Shown here in pieces: positions 43,491 to 51,777 of a stretch of 52,257 nt of DNA. The position numbers and the translations under genes are program-made. The DNA is from a virus (lineage: Duplodnaviria > Caudoviricetes), in IMG/VR virus record IMGVR_UViG_3300005253_000273, positions 1 through 52,257 of that record. One strand, written 5' to 3'. The first letter of the stretch is position 1, and the number at the start of each line of letters is the position of its first letter. The notes under the pieces are model-generated. The model was not told where the DNA came from. It worked only from the letters and a program-made list of their open reading frames with translations, and ran no database searches.

Positions 43491-43898
43491 TCAAGCGATA
43501 AACTTTATGTCTTCAGCCTCTAATCGCCTGATTAAGCCTCTGAGGGCTTCAGGAGTATCAACTATGATGGCATTGGTGAGTGAAGTCTGGAGGGAATAAC
43601 TAAGGCTTTCAAAGTCTTCTCGAAGCCACAAGCTTACATGGACTGTCTTGCGTCTTGCCTTGGCTTGTATAATATATTGTTTCTTAAGTTCTAATGTATC
43701 AAACATCTTGCGTCCGGCTGTAAGATTGCAGTCTACACAGCATGGAACCAAATTTGATTCATCATCAGACTCACAGTAGCACCAGGGAATAAAATGATCC
43801 AGTAAAACAGCCTTTTCTCCGCAATAATAACAACATCTGCCAAGTTCTTTCAAGAGTTTTTCAGTTTTAATTGGTCCTAGAGTCTGTCTCTTTACCAT
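43491..43898 (-). CDS. HNH endonuclease
   Basis: CYYCG...LDHFIP...NLVPCCVDCN. Confidence 0.88.
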   Translation of the reverse strand: MVKRQTLGPIKTEKLLKELGRCCYYCGEKAVLLDHFIPWCYCESDDESNLVPCCVDCNLTAGRKMFDTLELKKQYIIQAKARRKTVHVSLWLREDFESLSYSLQTSLTNAIIVDTPEALRGLIRRLEAEDIKFIA

Positions 43899-43906
43899 AA
43901 TAATCC

Positions 43907-43935
43907 ATTTTAAGCAATTTTGACCTAGATGTCAA
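43907..43935 (-). promoter_or_regulatory. sigma70-type promoter for HNH
   Basis: TTGACA-N17-TAAAAT, ending ~8 nt before the ATG. Confidence 0.6.
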
Positions 43936-44038
43936 TAAAAAGGCCCTGATTTCGCCTCTCGATCGGAAAAGAATTCATATTAACAGCCAAATACAGTATT
44001 CTAAACACCAAACCAAGCATCACACTTCTATTAGAACC

Positions 44039-44522
44039 CATATTAACAGTTAAGCTACTGATTTATAGTAGCTTAGGACTAAGTTCTAAAGTTCTTTTTG
44101 AAATAAGTAACTCATATTAACAGTTAAACCCATGATTCTAAAGGGTGGAAGACTATCTTCTAAAGTTACTAAGTTCTTTCTTACTACCTCCCCGCAGGAA
44201 ACCCTATGAGTGACTTGCTAAGAAGCTAAGCAAGCGAGTAAAATCTCCCAAGAGTAATCCTCGGACAAAGCACCTAAGTAGTTGTAGTATATAATGTTTT
44301 TTTATATAATAATTTATATACTTATACTTATTCTTACTTTCTTAACAAGTCGTTCATATACTTTCCTGGGATCAGGCATACAGAAAGAACTTAGTGACCT
44401 TAGAACTTAGTGTTTTCGCCTATGGATTCATACATTTAGCTGTATATATGACTTCCAAAAACCATTAGAACTTAGAGAACTTAGTCCTAACTCCTATTAA
44501 ATCAATACTAAATATGTTAATA
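44039..44522. repeat. nested inverted repeat (2+2 units of ~74 bp) around an AT-rich core; candidate replication origin
   Basis: 44039-44180 aligns with the reverse complement of 44383-44522; units carry CATATTAACAG and tandem CTAAGTTCT boxes. Confidence 0.7.
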
Positions 44523-44726
44523 AAGTATCTTTTTGTCTTCTTTCTATTTCAAGACATAACAGGCAACAGAGTTATTCTATTGTTTCCAAAGGTCTTGCAG
44601 GTACAATCCCACTAAGGGACTTGCTTAGCACCACTAAATCATACATACCCTAATCTAACCCTCCAAGGGTATTTTTATACCCCAATAGATTTACAGTAGG
44701 GCAAGTGGTAAATGTAACAGTTAGAC

Positions 44727-44885
44727 TGACAATATTTGTCGCTGGTGTGACGTAAGTTGTCATAGATAACTATATGATTTGATTGGATATCTTCTCAAGT
44801 ATGACAATTATTGACACTTTCGCTGAATTTTCAATAGTGTAAGTCCTTGATTTTATTCATTTGTGGTTTTGGCATGGTGATTGCA
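44727..44885 (+). promoter_or_regulatory. sigma54 promoter with upstream palindromic sites and IHF site
   Basis: TGGCATGGTGATTGCA (GG-N10-GC) at 44870-44885; AATCAAggacTTA on the minus strand at 44840-44852; TGAC-N7-GTC(A/G) at 44727 and 44748. Confidence 0.7.
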
Positions 44886-44900
44886 TGTCTTTATAGTATT

Positions 44901-45146
44901 ATGAGAACAACCTGCATTGATCCAGACTTCAGGCGCGATCCGAAATCAGACTTTTTCTGTTATCGATGCCAAAAGTCATTGAATGGCAAAAAGCACCGCT
45001 GGATTTATGTCGACCCTGAGTGCAACCTTACAGCGATTCATCCTGAAGATGCTGAGGGAATTGAGCCGGTGCCTGTAGGTCTGGACTGTGCAAAGCGGAT
45101 AGGACTGGAATTTAGCTTTATTATCAATTCAACGCAAGGGAGATAA
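44901..45146 (+). CDS. Cys-containing early protein
   Basis: FCYRCQK...PVGLDCAKRIG; ATG 44901 just after the sigma54 site. Confidence 0.7.
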   Translation: MRTTCIDPDFRRDPKSDFFCYRCQKSLNGKKHRWIYVDPECNLTAIHPEDAEGIEPVPVGLDCAKRIGLEFSFIINSTQGR

Positions 45147-45147
45147 G

Positions 45148-45351
45148 ATGATTATTAGAATCCATAATGGAGACAATGAAGCTGATCCAATCATCTGTGA
45201 TTATGAGGCTGTAGGATCATTTGAGCAATGCGAAGCTGGAGCAAGGGTTAAGTGCAGTTCAAAACCAGGGATTGACGGTAAGCGCGTCTATGTCAGATTT
45301 ATCAACCGCGAAATGGGCATTTCAACAACCAGAATATTCAACCTCGTTTAA
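45148..45351 (+). CDS. hypothetical early protein
   Basis: GGGAG RBS. Confidence 0.6.
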   Translation: MIIRIHNGDNEADPIICDYEAVGSFEQCEAGARVKCSSKPGIDGKRVYVRFINREMGISTTRIFNLV

Positions 45352-45428
45352 CCCTCAACCGAAGCCCCTCTATCCTGGGAGGGTTTTAGCTGGGAGTTAA
45401 TACTCACTATTGAAGGGAGGATAAGATA

Positions 45429-45647
45429 ATGGAAATTGTAGAGCGAAAGATATATCGAGGCAAGCTTAGAACGCTTGTCAGAATCCAAGTCAAACGTGCT
45501 TGTGGGCATATGAGGCCAGTTGTCCTTAATCTTGATAACGTGCCATCCTATAAACCGGACCCAAAGGAATTGTGTCCTGATTGCTTACAGAAGATATTAA
45601 CAGGCAACATGAAGAAAATGTTCGGAGGGAATAATATTGTTCTCTGA
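45429..45647 (+). CDS. hypothetical Zn-binding early protein
   Basis: ACGH...CPDC; GGGAGG RBS. Confidence 0.65.
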   Translation: MEIVERKIYRGKLRTLVRIQVKRACGHMRPVVLNLDNVPSYKPDPKELCPDCLQKILTGNMKKMFGGNNIVL

Positions 45648-45887
45648 ATCTCAATTTCTAATCCGCTTATCAATATACTCTTACATCTTCACAATGGCCG
45701 GATTCAGGCCGTTGGAGTATTAATGATGGAACATTTATTTTATTTATTTGGATTTTTCTGTTGCCTCAAATATCTCCTGAGTGACTGGCGATGACACCCT
45801 GGGAAATCCTTGAAACTCTGATCTTTTTTGCTTTGATCTGCTTAATGGCTGTGCTTATATTAACGCTTTGAAGGGAGCTGGGAGAAG

Positions 45888-46115
45888 ATGACTAAAACAG
45901 CAAGACAAATAATGGAAAGTGTTACAAAAGGACCTGAAAAATGTGTTGTTTGTGGAAGTTGTGATTGTGATTGGAAGCTTAAATTGACTGGAAGCCCCCC
46001 ATTCTATACAACAACCTGTAATTGGTGCGGTTCAAAATGGATTGAATGCTTAGGCTTCACTCATATTGAAGGACTAGAAATAGGACAATGGGAGCTAGAA
46101 AACAATGAAAGTTAG
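45888..46115 (+). CDS. Zn-ribbon early protein
   Basis: CVVCGS...CNWCGSKW. Confidence 0.65.
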   Translation: MTKTARQIMESVTKGPEKCVVCGSCDCDWKLKLTGSPPFYTTTCNWCGSKWIECLGFTHIEGLEIGQWELENNES

Positions 46116-46388
46116 AAATATGATTTCGAGTCGAAGTGGAAAGGCTGTTGCCAATCAGTTTATTATTCAAGATATTGATCCTATCAATAGCCGAATAAAG
46201 GTAGAATATTTCCAGTCTTACGATACGACAATTGTAATGCGGAAGATGTCGGGCATCAAACTTGACCGTGATAACTGGGATTACTCCGTCACGACCGGAC
46301 GTTACCGCAACCAATTCCTGGGTGAGACCAAGCGGAGACCCAAAAAAAGATCGACTCCGGCGAGTATGAGCTTGTTGATCTTAATTAA
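46105..46388 (+). pseudogene. conserved-looking phage early protein with 1-nt frameshift near 46332
   Basis: VANQF..FQSY..WDYSVTT.RYRNQFLGETK then AETQKKIDSGEYELVDLN* in the -1 frame. Confidence 0.55.
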
Positions 46389-46404
46389 CTGTAATGGGGA
46401 ATCA

Positions 46405-46515
46405 ATGAAACAATGCAAGCATCCACCCAAGAGACTCTTTATATGGTGGGTAGGTGAAATACTTTGTATTTGTTGCTGTGAATGTGGAGCCGTCTTAAAG
46501 GGTGGAGCTAAATAA
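46405..46515 (+). CDS. small Cys-rich protein
   Basis: MKQCKHP...CCCECG; GGGGA RBS; fused to the upstream frame in the ORF track. Confidence 0.5.
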   Translation: MKQCKHPPKRLFIWWVGEILCICCCECGAVLKGGAK

Positions 46516-46549
46516 TTAATCAACTCACAATTCGAGTAAGGGGGTAATT

Positions 46550-46885
46550 ATGGAAACTAAAAATGCAATTATTGAAGGGGCAATAATCACCAACGATGAT
46601 CACGGATGTTTGACTGCATGGCTTCATTTAGGTTATGGCGGATCAGGACAAGGCTTTGGTGGCCATTCTCTATACCTTCCCAAATCCTTTAAGCATCATA
46701 AAGTGGATAGTGGATATGCGGGTCATTTTATATGGCGTGTTATGGAAATTGCCGATGTATCAGAATGGGGTAAACTCAAAGGGAAAACCATTAGAGTTAA
46801 ATCAAGTCATTCCAAGGTTGAAGCTATTGGTCATATTACTAAAGATGATTGGTTTAACCCTGGAGCTGATTTCAATAAAGATTAA
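46550..46885 (+). CDS. conserved-looking phage hypothetical protein
   Basis: DHG.LT.WL.L.YGG.GQGFGG...W..LKGK.IRV...AIGH...DDWF.P. Confidence 0.8.
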   Translation: METKNAIIEGAIITNDDHGCLTAWLHLGYGGSGQGFGGHSLYLPKSFKHHKVDSGYAGHFIWRVMEIADVSEWGKLKGKTIRVKSSHSKVEAIGHITKDDWFNPGADFNKD

Positions 46886-46926
46886 CACCGCCTCGCCGCT
46901 AATGGCTGGCACTGAAAGGAGAGTTT

Positions 46927-47145
46927 ATGCTTACAGTTTATGCTAAAGGGATGGTTTGCTGTTCGGTTTGTACTGATTTAAACAATCTAAAGGAAATTGA
47001 ATTTGCAACTAACGTACAAAACCCAACAGAGATTGAATCAAAATGGAAAATTTCCGGCGAGAAAACTTTCAAGGGTGGGCAGTCAATGCCATGCCCTTGC
47101 CATGATAACCCGGAGACTCATAAACATTATTTATTGAATTGTTGA
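46927..47145 (+). CDS. hypothetical Cys-containing protein
   Basis: SVCT...NPT.I...W...PCPC...HYLLNC; AAAGGAG RBS. Confidence 0.75.
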   Translation: MLTVYAKGMVCCSVCTDLNNLKEIEFATNVQNPTEIESKWKISGEKTFKGGQSMPCPCHDNPETHKHYLLNC

Positions 47146-47173
47146 TTAACCGCCTCCCGGTACGGCGGATTTT

Positions 47174-47256
47174 GGTTGTGGCGACTCCAGCACAAATTGG
47201 ACGCACTGGAGCATTAACGGCAATGTGCTAGGCAGGTGAGAGACCTGTCCACAACC
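47174..47256 (+). ncRNA. tRNA-like cloverleaf element J (GTTGTGG scaffold)
   Basis: GGTTGTGG/CCACAACC closing stem, CTCCAG/CTGGAG, GCATT/AATGT, GCAGGT-GAGAG-ACCTGT stacked T-like arm. Confidence 0.65.
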
Positions 47257-47344
47257 TAATAGTCCGGGCTTACTCCCTTGGGCTGGCCCCTTGAACTTGG
47301 GTTCCTGGGGCTGGCTTTGAGAGGAACTTTAGAAAGGAGGAACA

Positions 47345-47608
47345 ATGAAGACGGCAATTTATATTGAAGACGGTGTGACTCAACTGGTTATCACGCCGGA
47401 AACAGAGTTTGAAAAAAACTCACTGAATACCTTTGACGGTAAGGAAATGAACTGCAAATTGTTTACTGGATCGTTTTATGATTGCCGTGGTGGTTGGGTC
47501 TGCCAAAACAGTTATTATGCGGGTAATATGTTTGGTACTCTTGGTGGCACAAGTAAAGATGACAGTAGTTTAATTATTACGTTAAGGGAGCGGGAGACTA
47601 ATGAGTGA
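47345..47608 (+). CDS. hypothetical phage protein
   Basis: MKTAIYIEDG..QLVITPE..FEK; AAAGGAGG RBS. Confidence 0.8.
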   Translation: MKTAIYIEDGVTQLVITPETEFEKNSLNTFDGKEMNCKLFTGSFYDCRGGWVCQNSYYAGNMFGTLGGTSKDDSSLIITLRERETNE

Positions 47609-47759
47609 AGATACCGAGGCCCCTGAGTTCATCGAGATTTCCTTGACAGCGGAGCAAACCAAGTGGTTCATTGACCAGTTGTGTAGAGCGTTGGAAAGAT
47701 CTCAATTGGAGGCTGAAATGCTCAGGAATCAACTGGAAAGGAGCAAAGCCAATGAGTAA
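47601..47759 (+). CDS. hypothetical protein
   Basis: Hand translation MSEDTEAPEFIEISL...; overlaps neighbours. Confidence 0.45.
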   Translation: MSEDTEAPEFIEISLTAEQTKWFIDQLCRALERSQLEAEMLRNQLERSKANE

Positions 47760-48027
47760 CGAGACTGAGATTAAACAAGTACCATCTTATAATAGGAATG
47801 GTGGGTATGTTTATCCGCATACTCTTCAACATTTACAGGAAATTGGATACGGGATAAGTCTTGGCATCACCCGGCGCGACTGGCTGGCTGGGCTGGCGAT
47901 GCAGGGACTTTTATCTAAACCCAGTTTATTAGCTAATGAGGGTGAGATGTTGGAGGGTAAGGTATTATCAGTTGCATCTTATGAAATAGCCGACGCCATG
48001 ATAGCCGAAGGCAAGAAGGGGGAGTGA
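47752..48027 (+). CDS. conserved phage protein (RDWLAGLAMQG family)
   Basis: GITRRDWLAGLAMQGLL...SYEIADAMI; AAAGGAG RBS. Confidence 0.8.
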   Translation: MSNETEIKQVPSYNRNGGYVYPHTLQHLQEIGYGISLGITRRDWLAGLAMQGLLSKPSLLANEGEMLEGKVLSVASYEIADAMIAEGKKGE

Positions 48028-48171
48028 TGGATTTTAATAATTTCCTACTGCTCTTCAATTTTATTTTGTTTGCTGTATATTCTTTTCGGTTTTGGATATT
48101 GGAAAAACCAGACAGAGAAGGTATTTTTGCTATTATATGTCTTATTCTTTTACATTTATTGGGGGAATGAA

Positions 48172-48402
48172 ATGAAAGGTCTCAAACTCACTCAAATAAA
48201 ATCCCACGGCTTCCATCTCAACTTTAATCGTTACCAGCTCTGGGAACATGACTTAATACCCCAGCACAACCGGAAACCTTTTTGGATGCCTGGCAGGATT
48301 ATCCACCACTTGAGAACAGGAGCTGAGGCTGATGAGTATTTTAACGTTTTGGCTCCGCATTATGATGATTTAGAGATTGAATTATGGGAGCAGATGACAT
48401 GA
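48172..48402 (+). CDS. hypothetical protein
   Basis: ATG 48172 with GGGGG RBS; ATGA coupling downstream. Confidence 0.55.
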   Translation: MKGLKLTQIKSHGFHLNFNRYQLWEHDLIPQHNRKPFWMPGRIIHHLRTGAEADEYFNVLAPHYDDLEIELWEQMT

Positions 48403-48719
48403 CTCACACAATTAAAGTCGAAATGTGGGAAAAGGTTCCAGAGGCAGTTCTGGGCCTTCCTAAAAACTGGAAGATCATTTTCAAGGATTTTGATGAGGAG
48501 CATGAGGATAATCGCTTAGCCAAGTACGATAAGGAGGAGGAGAAGTATTATGTTGAGTATTCTATAAGATCTTACTCCGGTGAGAGTATTGCTCCGCTGC
48601 TTTTTAAGTATGAAGTGGAGAAGCTCCGGGAGTTGCTTGAGATGCAAGTTAAAACATGGGGAAGAAACCAGTATCGGGGAGTTTTGAAAAAGATTGAGGA
48701 TTGTCTTAGTGGATATTAA
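48399..48719 (+). CDS. hypothetical protein
   Basis: ATGA coupling. Confidence 0.6.
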   Translation: MTHTIKVEMWEKVPEAVLGLPKNWKIIFKDFDEEHEDNRLAKYDKEEEKYYVEYSIRSYSGESIAPLLFKYEVEKLRELLEMQVKTWGRNQYRGVLKKIEDCLSGY

Positions 48720-48942
48720 ATTCATCATAGACCAGACAGGATACAAGCTCCAGACTTTCCTTAACGGTAAACGTATCCATGCCATTATTTCCAAGTCACA
48801 TTTGAAGGAAATCAAGAATGTGTCCAGCATGGCACACTTAGAGGATTTGGTGGAGTACGCTAACTACCTGAAAAGAAACAACTTCTGGGACATTGGTCTT
48901 GTTGGAAAAGAATACGAGATTTTTTACCGGAAAATAACTTGA
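48694..48942 (+). CDS. hypothetical protein
   Basis: ORF track; start uncertain. Confidence 0.5.
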   Translation: MRIVLVDIKFIIDQTGYKLQTFLNGKRIHAIISKSHLKEIKNVSSMAHLEDLVEYANYLKRNNFWDIGLVGKEYEIFYRKIT

Positions 48943-48966
48943 CAATGGGTGACAAATGACTATACT
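48939..48966 (+). promoter_or_regulatory. sigma70-type promoter for the recombination/replication operon
   Basis: TTGACA-N16-TATACT. Confidence 0.55.
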
Positions 48967-49002
48967 TTCTAACACTGTGAAATTTTGTAGGGGAGTCCAA
49001 AG

Positions 49003-49320
49003 ATGAATCCTGACTTTAAACCGCATATGATTACCGACAAGTTCCTGAAAGCCTGCGAAGAACAGGTGCAGAAGTATTTTGGTGAACGGGAGATGGATTC
49101 AGGATGCCTTATATGCCCAGCGATTCCACTCGGTAATTGTTATATATGCCCATTAGGTGATGGTGTCAAGGAATTGGCGTGTATTTACGATCCAACTTAT
49201 CTTGATTCTTGCCAACGCCGGACAGCAAAAAAATCTGAACTCTTAGCTCGTGGCAACCGCCTGATTAAAATCATGGATGAGCATGGCATCGAGATTTATG
49301 ACGCAAAGGTGAAGTCATGA
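49003..49320 (+). CDS. Cys-rich protein (paralogue of 49540..49902)
   Basis: CLIC...CYICPL...C. Confidence 0.7.
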   Translation: MNPDFKPHMITDKFLKACEEQVQKYFGEREMDSGCLICPAIPLGNCYICPLGDGVKELACIYDPTYLDSCQRRTAKKSELLARGNRLIKIMDEHGIEIYDAKVKS

Positions 49321-49547
49321 CAACCCTCATTGACACGCCTGTGAACAGAGAACGATATCGAGCTACGACCATCAGGAAATTCCCGGATTCATTGAAAGAG
49401 AGGCTTTGGAAAATTAAAGAGGAAACTGACAAGCAGGTTACCCTGGAAACTATTATTGTAGAAGCCTTGAAGATTGGACTGCCAAAGATTGAGCATAGAA
49501 TACTTTTCAGGATACCTGATTTTGTGGAGGAGCCGAGGGATGATTAG
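49317..49547 (+). CDS. ribbon-helix-helix-like DNA-binding protein
   Basis: TIRKFPDSLKERL...TLETIIVEAL pattern. Confidence 0.55.
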   Translation: MTTLIDTPVNRERYRATTIRKFPDSLKERLWKIKEETDKQVTLETIIVEALKIGLPKIEHRILFRIPDFVEEPRDD

Positions 49548-49902
49548 GACAAGTAAGAAGATGCGTAATCTATATGCAAAGCATTTGAATAAACTTTATG
49601 ATTATGCGGATGAAAAGTTTAATGACGATGAGTGTTATTTATGCAGTGCAGCAAATCAGCATCCAAAGGCCAGACCATACAACAAAAGAGAATTTAACGG
49701 GGATTGTAATTTTTGCCCTCTGACTACTGGGGATACGTGTGCTAGTAGCCTAAGACATATAAATCTACGCCGTAAAATTACCGACGTTTCTGTTTCTAGT
49801 TATAATCTTGCAACTCCTGATTCGATCCGCAAGCATGCTCAATGGATTGAGAAACAAATAATCGAAAAGACTGACTGTGAATTTTACTGGACCACAAAAT
49901 GA
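49540..49902 (+). CDS. Cys-rich protein
   Basis: CYLC...CNFCPL...C. Confidence 0.7.
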   Translation: MIRTSKKMRNLYAKHLNKLYDYADEKFNDDECYLCSAANQHPKARPYNKREFNGDCNFCPLTTGDTCASSLRHINLRRKITDVSVSSYNLATPDSIRKHAQWIEKQIIEKTDCEFYWTTK

Positions 49903-50861
49903 CAATCCTCATTGACAACTCCACAATGGAAAAAACTGCTTCCTGCCATACAGCAGTTGCAATGGAACGAGTGCTTCATCTCAAGCCTAAAGCCGGTAGC
50001 CCTGCACTCGAAGCCGGTACTGCCGTGCACAAGGCATGGGACAAATTCTTTAACGGAGAGGATGTGGAAGTCTGTATCCTGGCTCTGCGTGAGTATTATT
50101 CCTCGAAGCTTCCTTACTTTGAAGAAGTCAAACCTACCTATGATCTAGCCAATCTTGAAAACCTCTTCAGGATATGGGCTTCCAAACATCATTCCAGAGA
50201 GTTTGCTTGGACCTCTCAGCATGTAGAAAAAGGATTTCAAGTGAAACTGTTTCCTGATTTAGGAGTTGACCTGATTGGGAAGATGGATACATTCGGAGCT
50301 GATGGAACAGGGTCTTACTGCGTAGTAGATTGGAAGACTACTGGATATAACTTGGATCAACGCTGGTTCCGTAAAGTTCAGAACGGTTCTCAAGTGAGTG
50401 CATACCTCTATGCAATGCAGAGACTCTTTGGATTATCTGTCTGGGTATTCTATATTATGGCCCTCAAGATGAAAGTAGTTCCGATGTCCAGTCGGACTTG
50501 TAAAGAGCATAATATGAAATACTGGGATTCCAGGAAGAATGAAGGCTGTTACATGGAGCATGTGGATTACAAGGTAGAATCTGCTTATCGCAATAAAACT
50601 CAACTCCTTGGATGGTATCAGGACGCTAGGTTGATTACCCGGGATTACTTAAATATTCTGGACAAGGTAAAATCCATTGACGATATAGGAAGAGTTCCAA
50701 TGCAAGGGGTTTTTAATAACTCTTGTCAGGATTGTAGCTATCGGGAATTCTGTCACACATTCAACAGAAATCCCAAATCAGCAGAACAGTTGTTTGATTA
50801 CAAGCCTTGGAGTCCTTTGCTGGATATGGATAAGGAGGATATCTTTTATGAAAATGAATAG
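49899..50861 (+). CDS. PD-(D/E)xK exonuclease (RecB/Cas4-like)
   Basis: GTAVH, VE, GKMD, VVDWKTT, QVSAY, C..C.YREFC. Confidence 0.88.
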   Translation: MTILIDNSTMEKTASCHTAVAMERVLHLKPKAGSPALEAGTAVHKAWDKFFNGEDVEVCILALREYYSSKLPYFEEVKPTYDLANLENLFRIWASKHHSREFAWTSQHVEKGFQVKLFPDLGVDLIGKMDTFGADGTGSYCVVDWKTTGYNLDQRWFRKVQNGSQVSAYLYAMQRLFGLSVWVFYIMALKMKVVPMSSRTCKEHNMKYWDSRKNEGCYMEHVDYKVESAYRNKTQLLGWYQDARLITRDYLNILDKVKSIDDIGRVPMQGVFNNSCQDCSYREFCHTFNRNPKSAEQLFDYKPWSPLLDMDKEDIFYENE

Positions 50862-51042
50862 AGAAATGATAGAGTTTCTTTTTGATTTTTCTGGTTTGGA
50901 TTTTACGGAATCAGACAGAATGGAACGAGATAGGCTAGTAGGAGGAGAAATATTTGAATGGAATGAGGCTATATTTACTATTAAAGCGGATAAGGTAGAA
51001 CATCTGTTGAACAAGTTAAGAATGATGGCCGAAGAATCGTGA
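50848..51042 (+). CDS. hypothetical protein
   Basis: AAGGAGG RBS before ATG. Confidence 0.55.
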   Translation: MKMNREMIEFLFDFSGLDFTESDRMERDRLVGGEIFEWNEAIFTIKADKVEHLLNKLRMMAEES

Positions 51043-51338
51043 AAAAGCAACTGACCATGACGGAACTAACGGTTCTTTGCTGGTTATGTAAGAAACCAAG
51101 AAGGCCGGATAAGATAGAAGCTCCCATGATACTTACTCTAGCTTCTGTTGCCTCTTTGATTCAACGATTGAGGAGAGCAGGTTTTGTTGCTGGCAAGTTT
51201 ATGGAAAAACGTGAGATTTACTTTTTGAGGAGGCCAAGGAAGATGTACAAGATTACTGCTGCAGGCAGAATGGCTGTAGAACGACAAATGAAACTGGTGG
51301 GACAACAACTGAGTTATTTGAGGGGGTTGGTGAGATGA
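51039..51338 (+). CDS. winged-helix (PadR-like) transcription regulator
   Basis: SVASLIQRLRRAGFV...RPRKMYKITAAGR. Confidence 0.7.
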   Translation: MKKQLTMTELTVLCWLCKKPRRPDKIEAPMILTLASVASLIQRLRRAGFVAGKFMEKREIYFLRRPRKMYKITAAGRMAVERQMKLVGQQLSYLRGLVR

Positions 51339-51529
51339 ACGAGCAATGTGTGAGTTATTGTAACTGGTGCAGTAGTAAGTTTAATGGCATTGATGTTATT
51401 TATAAGGGGTATCATCAACATTGTTGGGATAGGAATAAAGACAGAATTGAGGGGTTGGCTCAAACTCTCGAAGAGCGGGTAGAATTATTAGAGGAACGTG
51501 TTCGAGAACTTGAAGAGGAGAATTCCTAA
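51335..51529 (+). CDS. hypothetical protein
   Basis: CNWC..HQHC plus coiled coil. Confidence 0.6.
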   Translation: MNEQCVSYCNWCSSKFNGIDVIYKGYHQHCWDRNKDRIEGLAQTLEERVELLEERVRELEEENS

Positions 51530-51777
51530 TGAAAATAAATAAAGTAAAGAGTCTGGGGAGTAAAAATAAAGAAGTGCGATATGGCGATTTATTACCCAGT
51601 GATTGTTTTCTTGCTTATCCAGGCGATGATACTATTCGCATGAAAACAGATCAAGGTAATTACTGCTTTCGGGAAAGAATGCACTTTTTAGATAATGATG
51701 GAGCTTACTCCACGGACGCAATAATTATTCCTGTAGAGGTTGAGATCAACTGGTGCTACAAGGAGCCTACCCAATGA
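51529..51777 (+). CDS. hypothetical protein
   Basis: Coupled at both ends; GAGGAG RBS. Confidence 0.65.
   Translation: MKINKVKSLGSKNKEVRYGDLLPSDCFLAYPGDDTIRMKTDQGNYCFRERMHFLDNDGAYSTDAIIIPVEVEINWCYKEPTQ

Noticed and set aside
10902-43523. Numerous + strand ORFs in the ORF track opposite structural genes (e.g. 25883..26497, 27228..27770, 35487..36146)
   Set aside because: Antisense shadows of well-supported minus-strand genes, lacking RBSs and motifs
44847-44900. Hydrophobic N-terminal extension of ORF 44847..45146
   Set aside because: Coincides with the IHF site and sigma54 promoter; ATG 44901 is more plausible
49899-50861. Cas4 as part of a CRISPR system
   Set aside because: Context (Sak4-like, SSB-like) indicates a phage recombination exonuclease; no array or other cas genes
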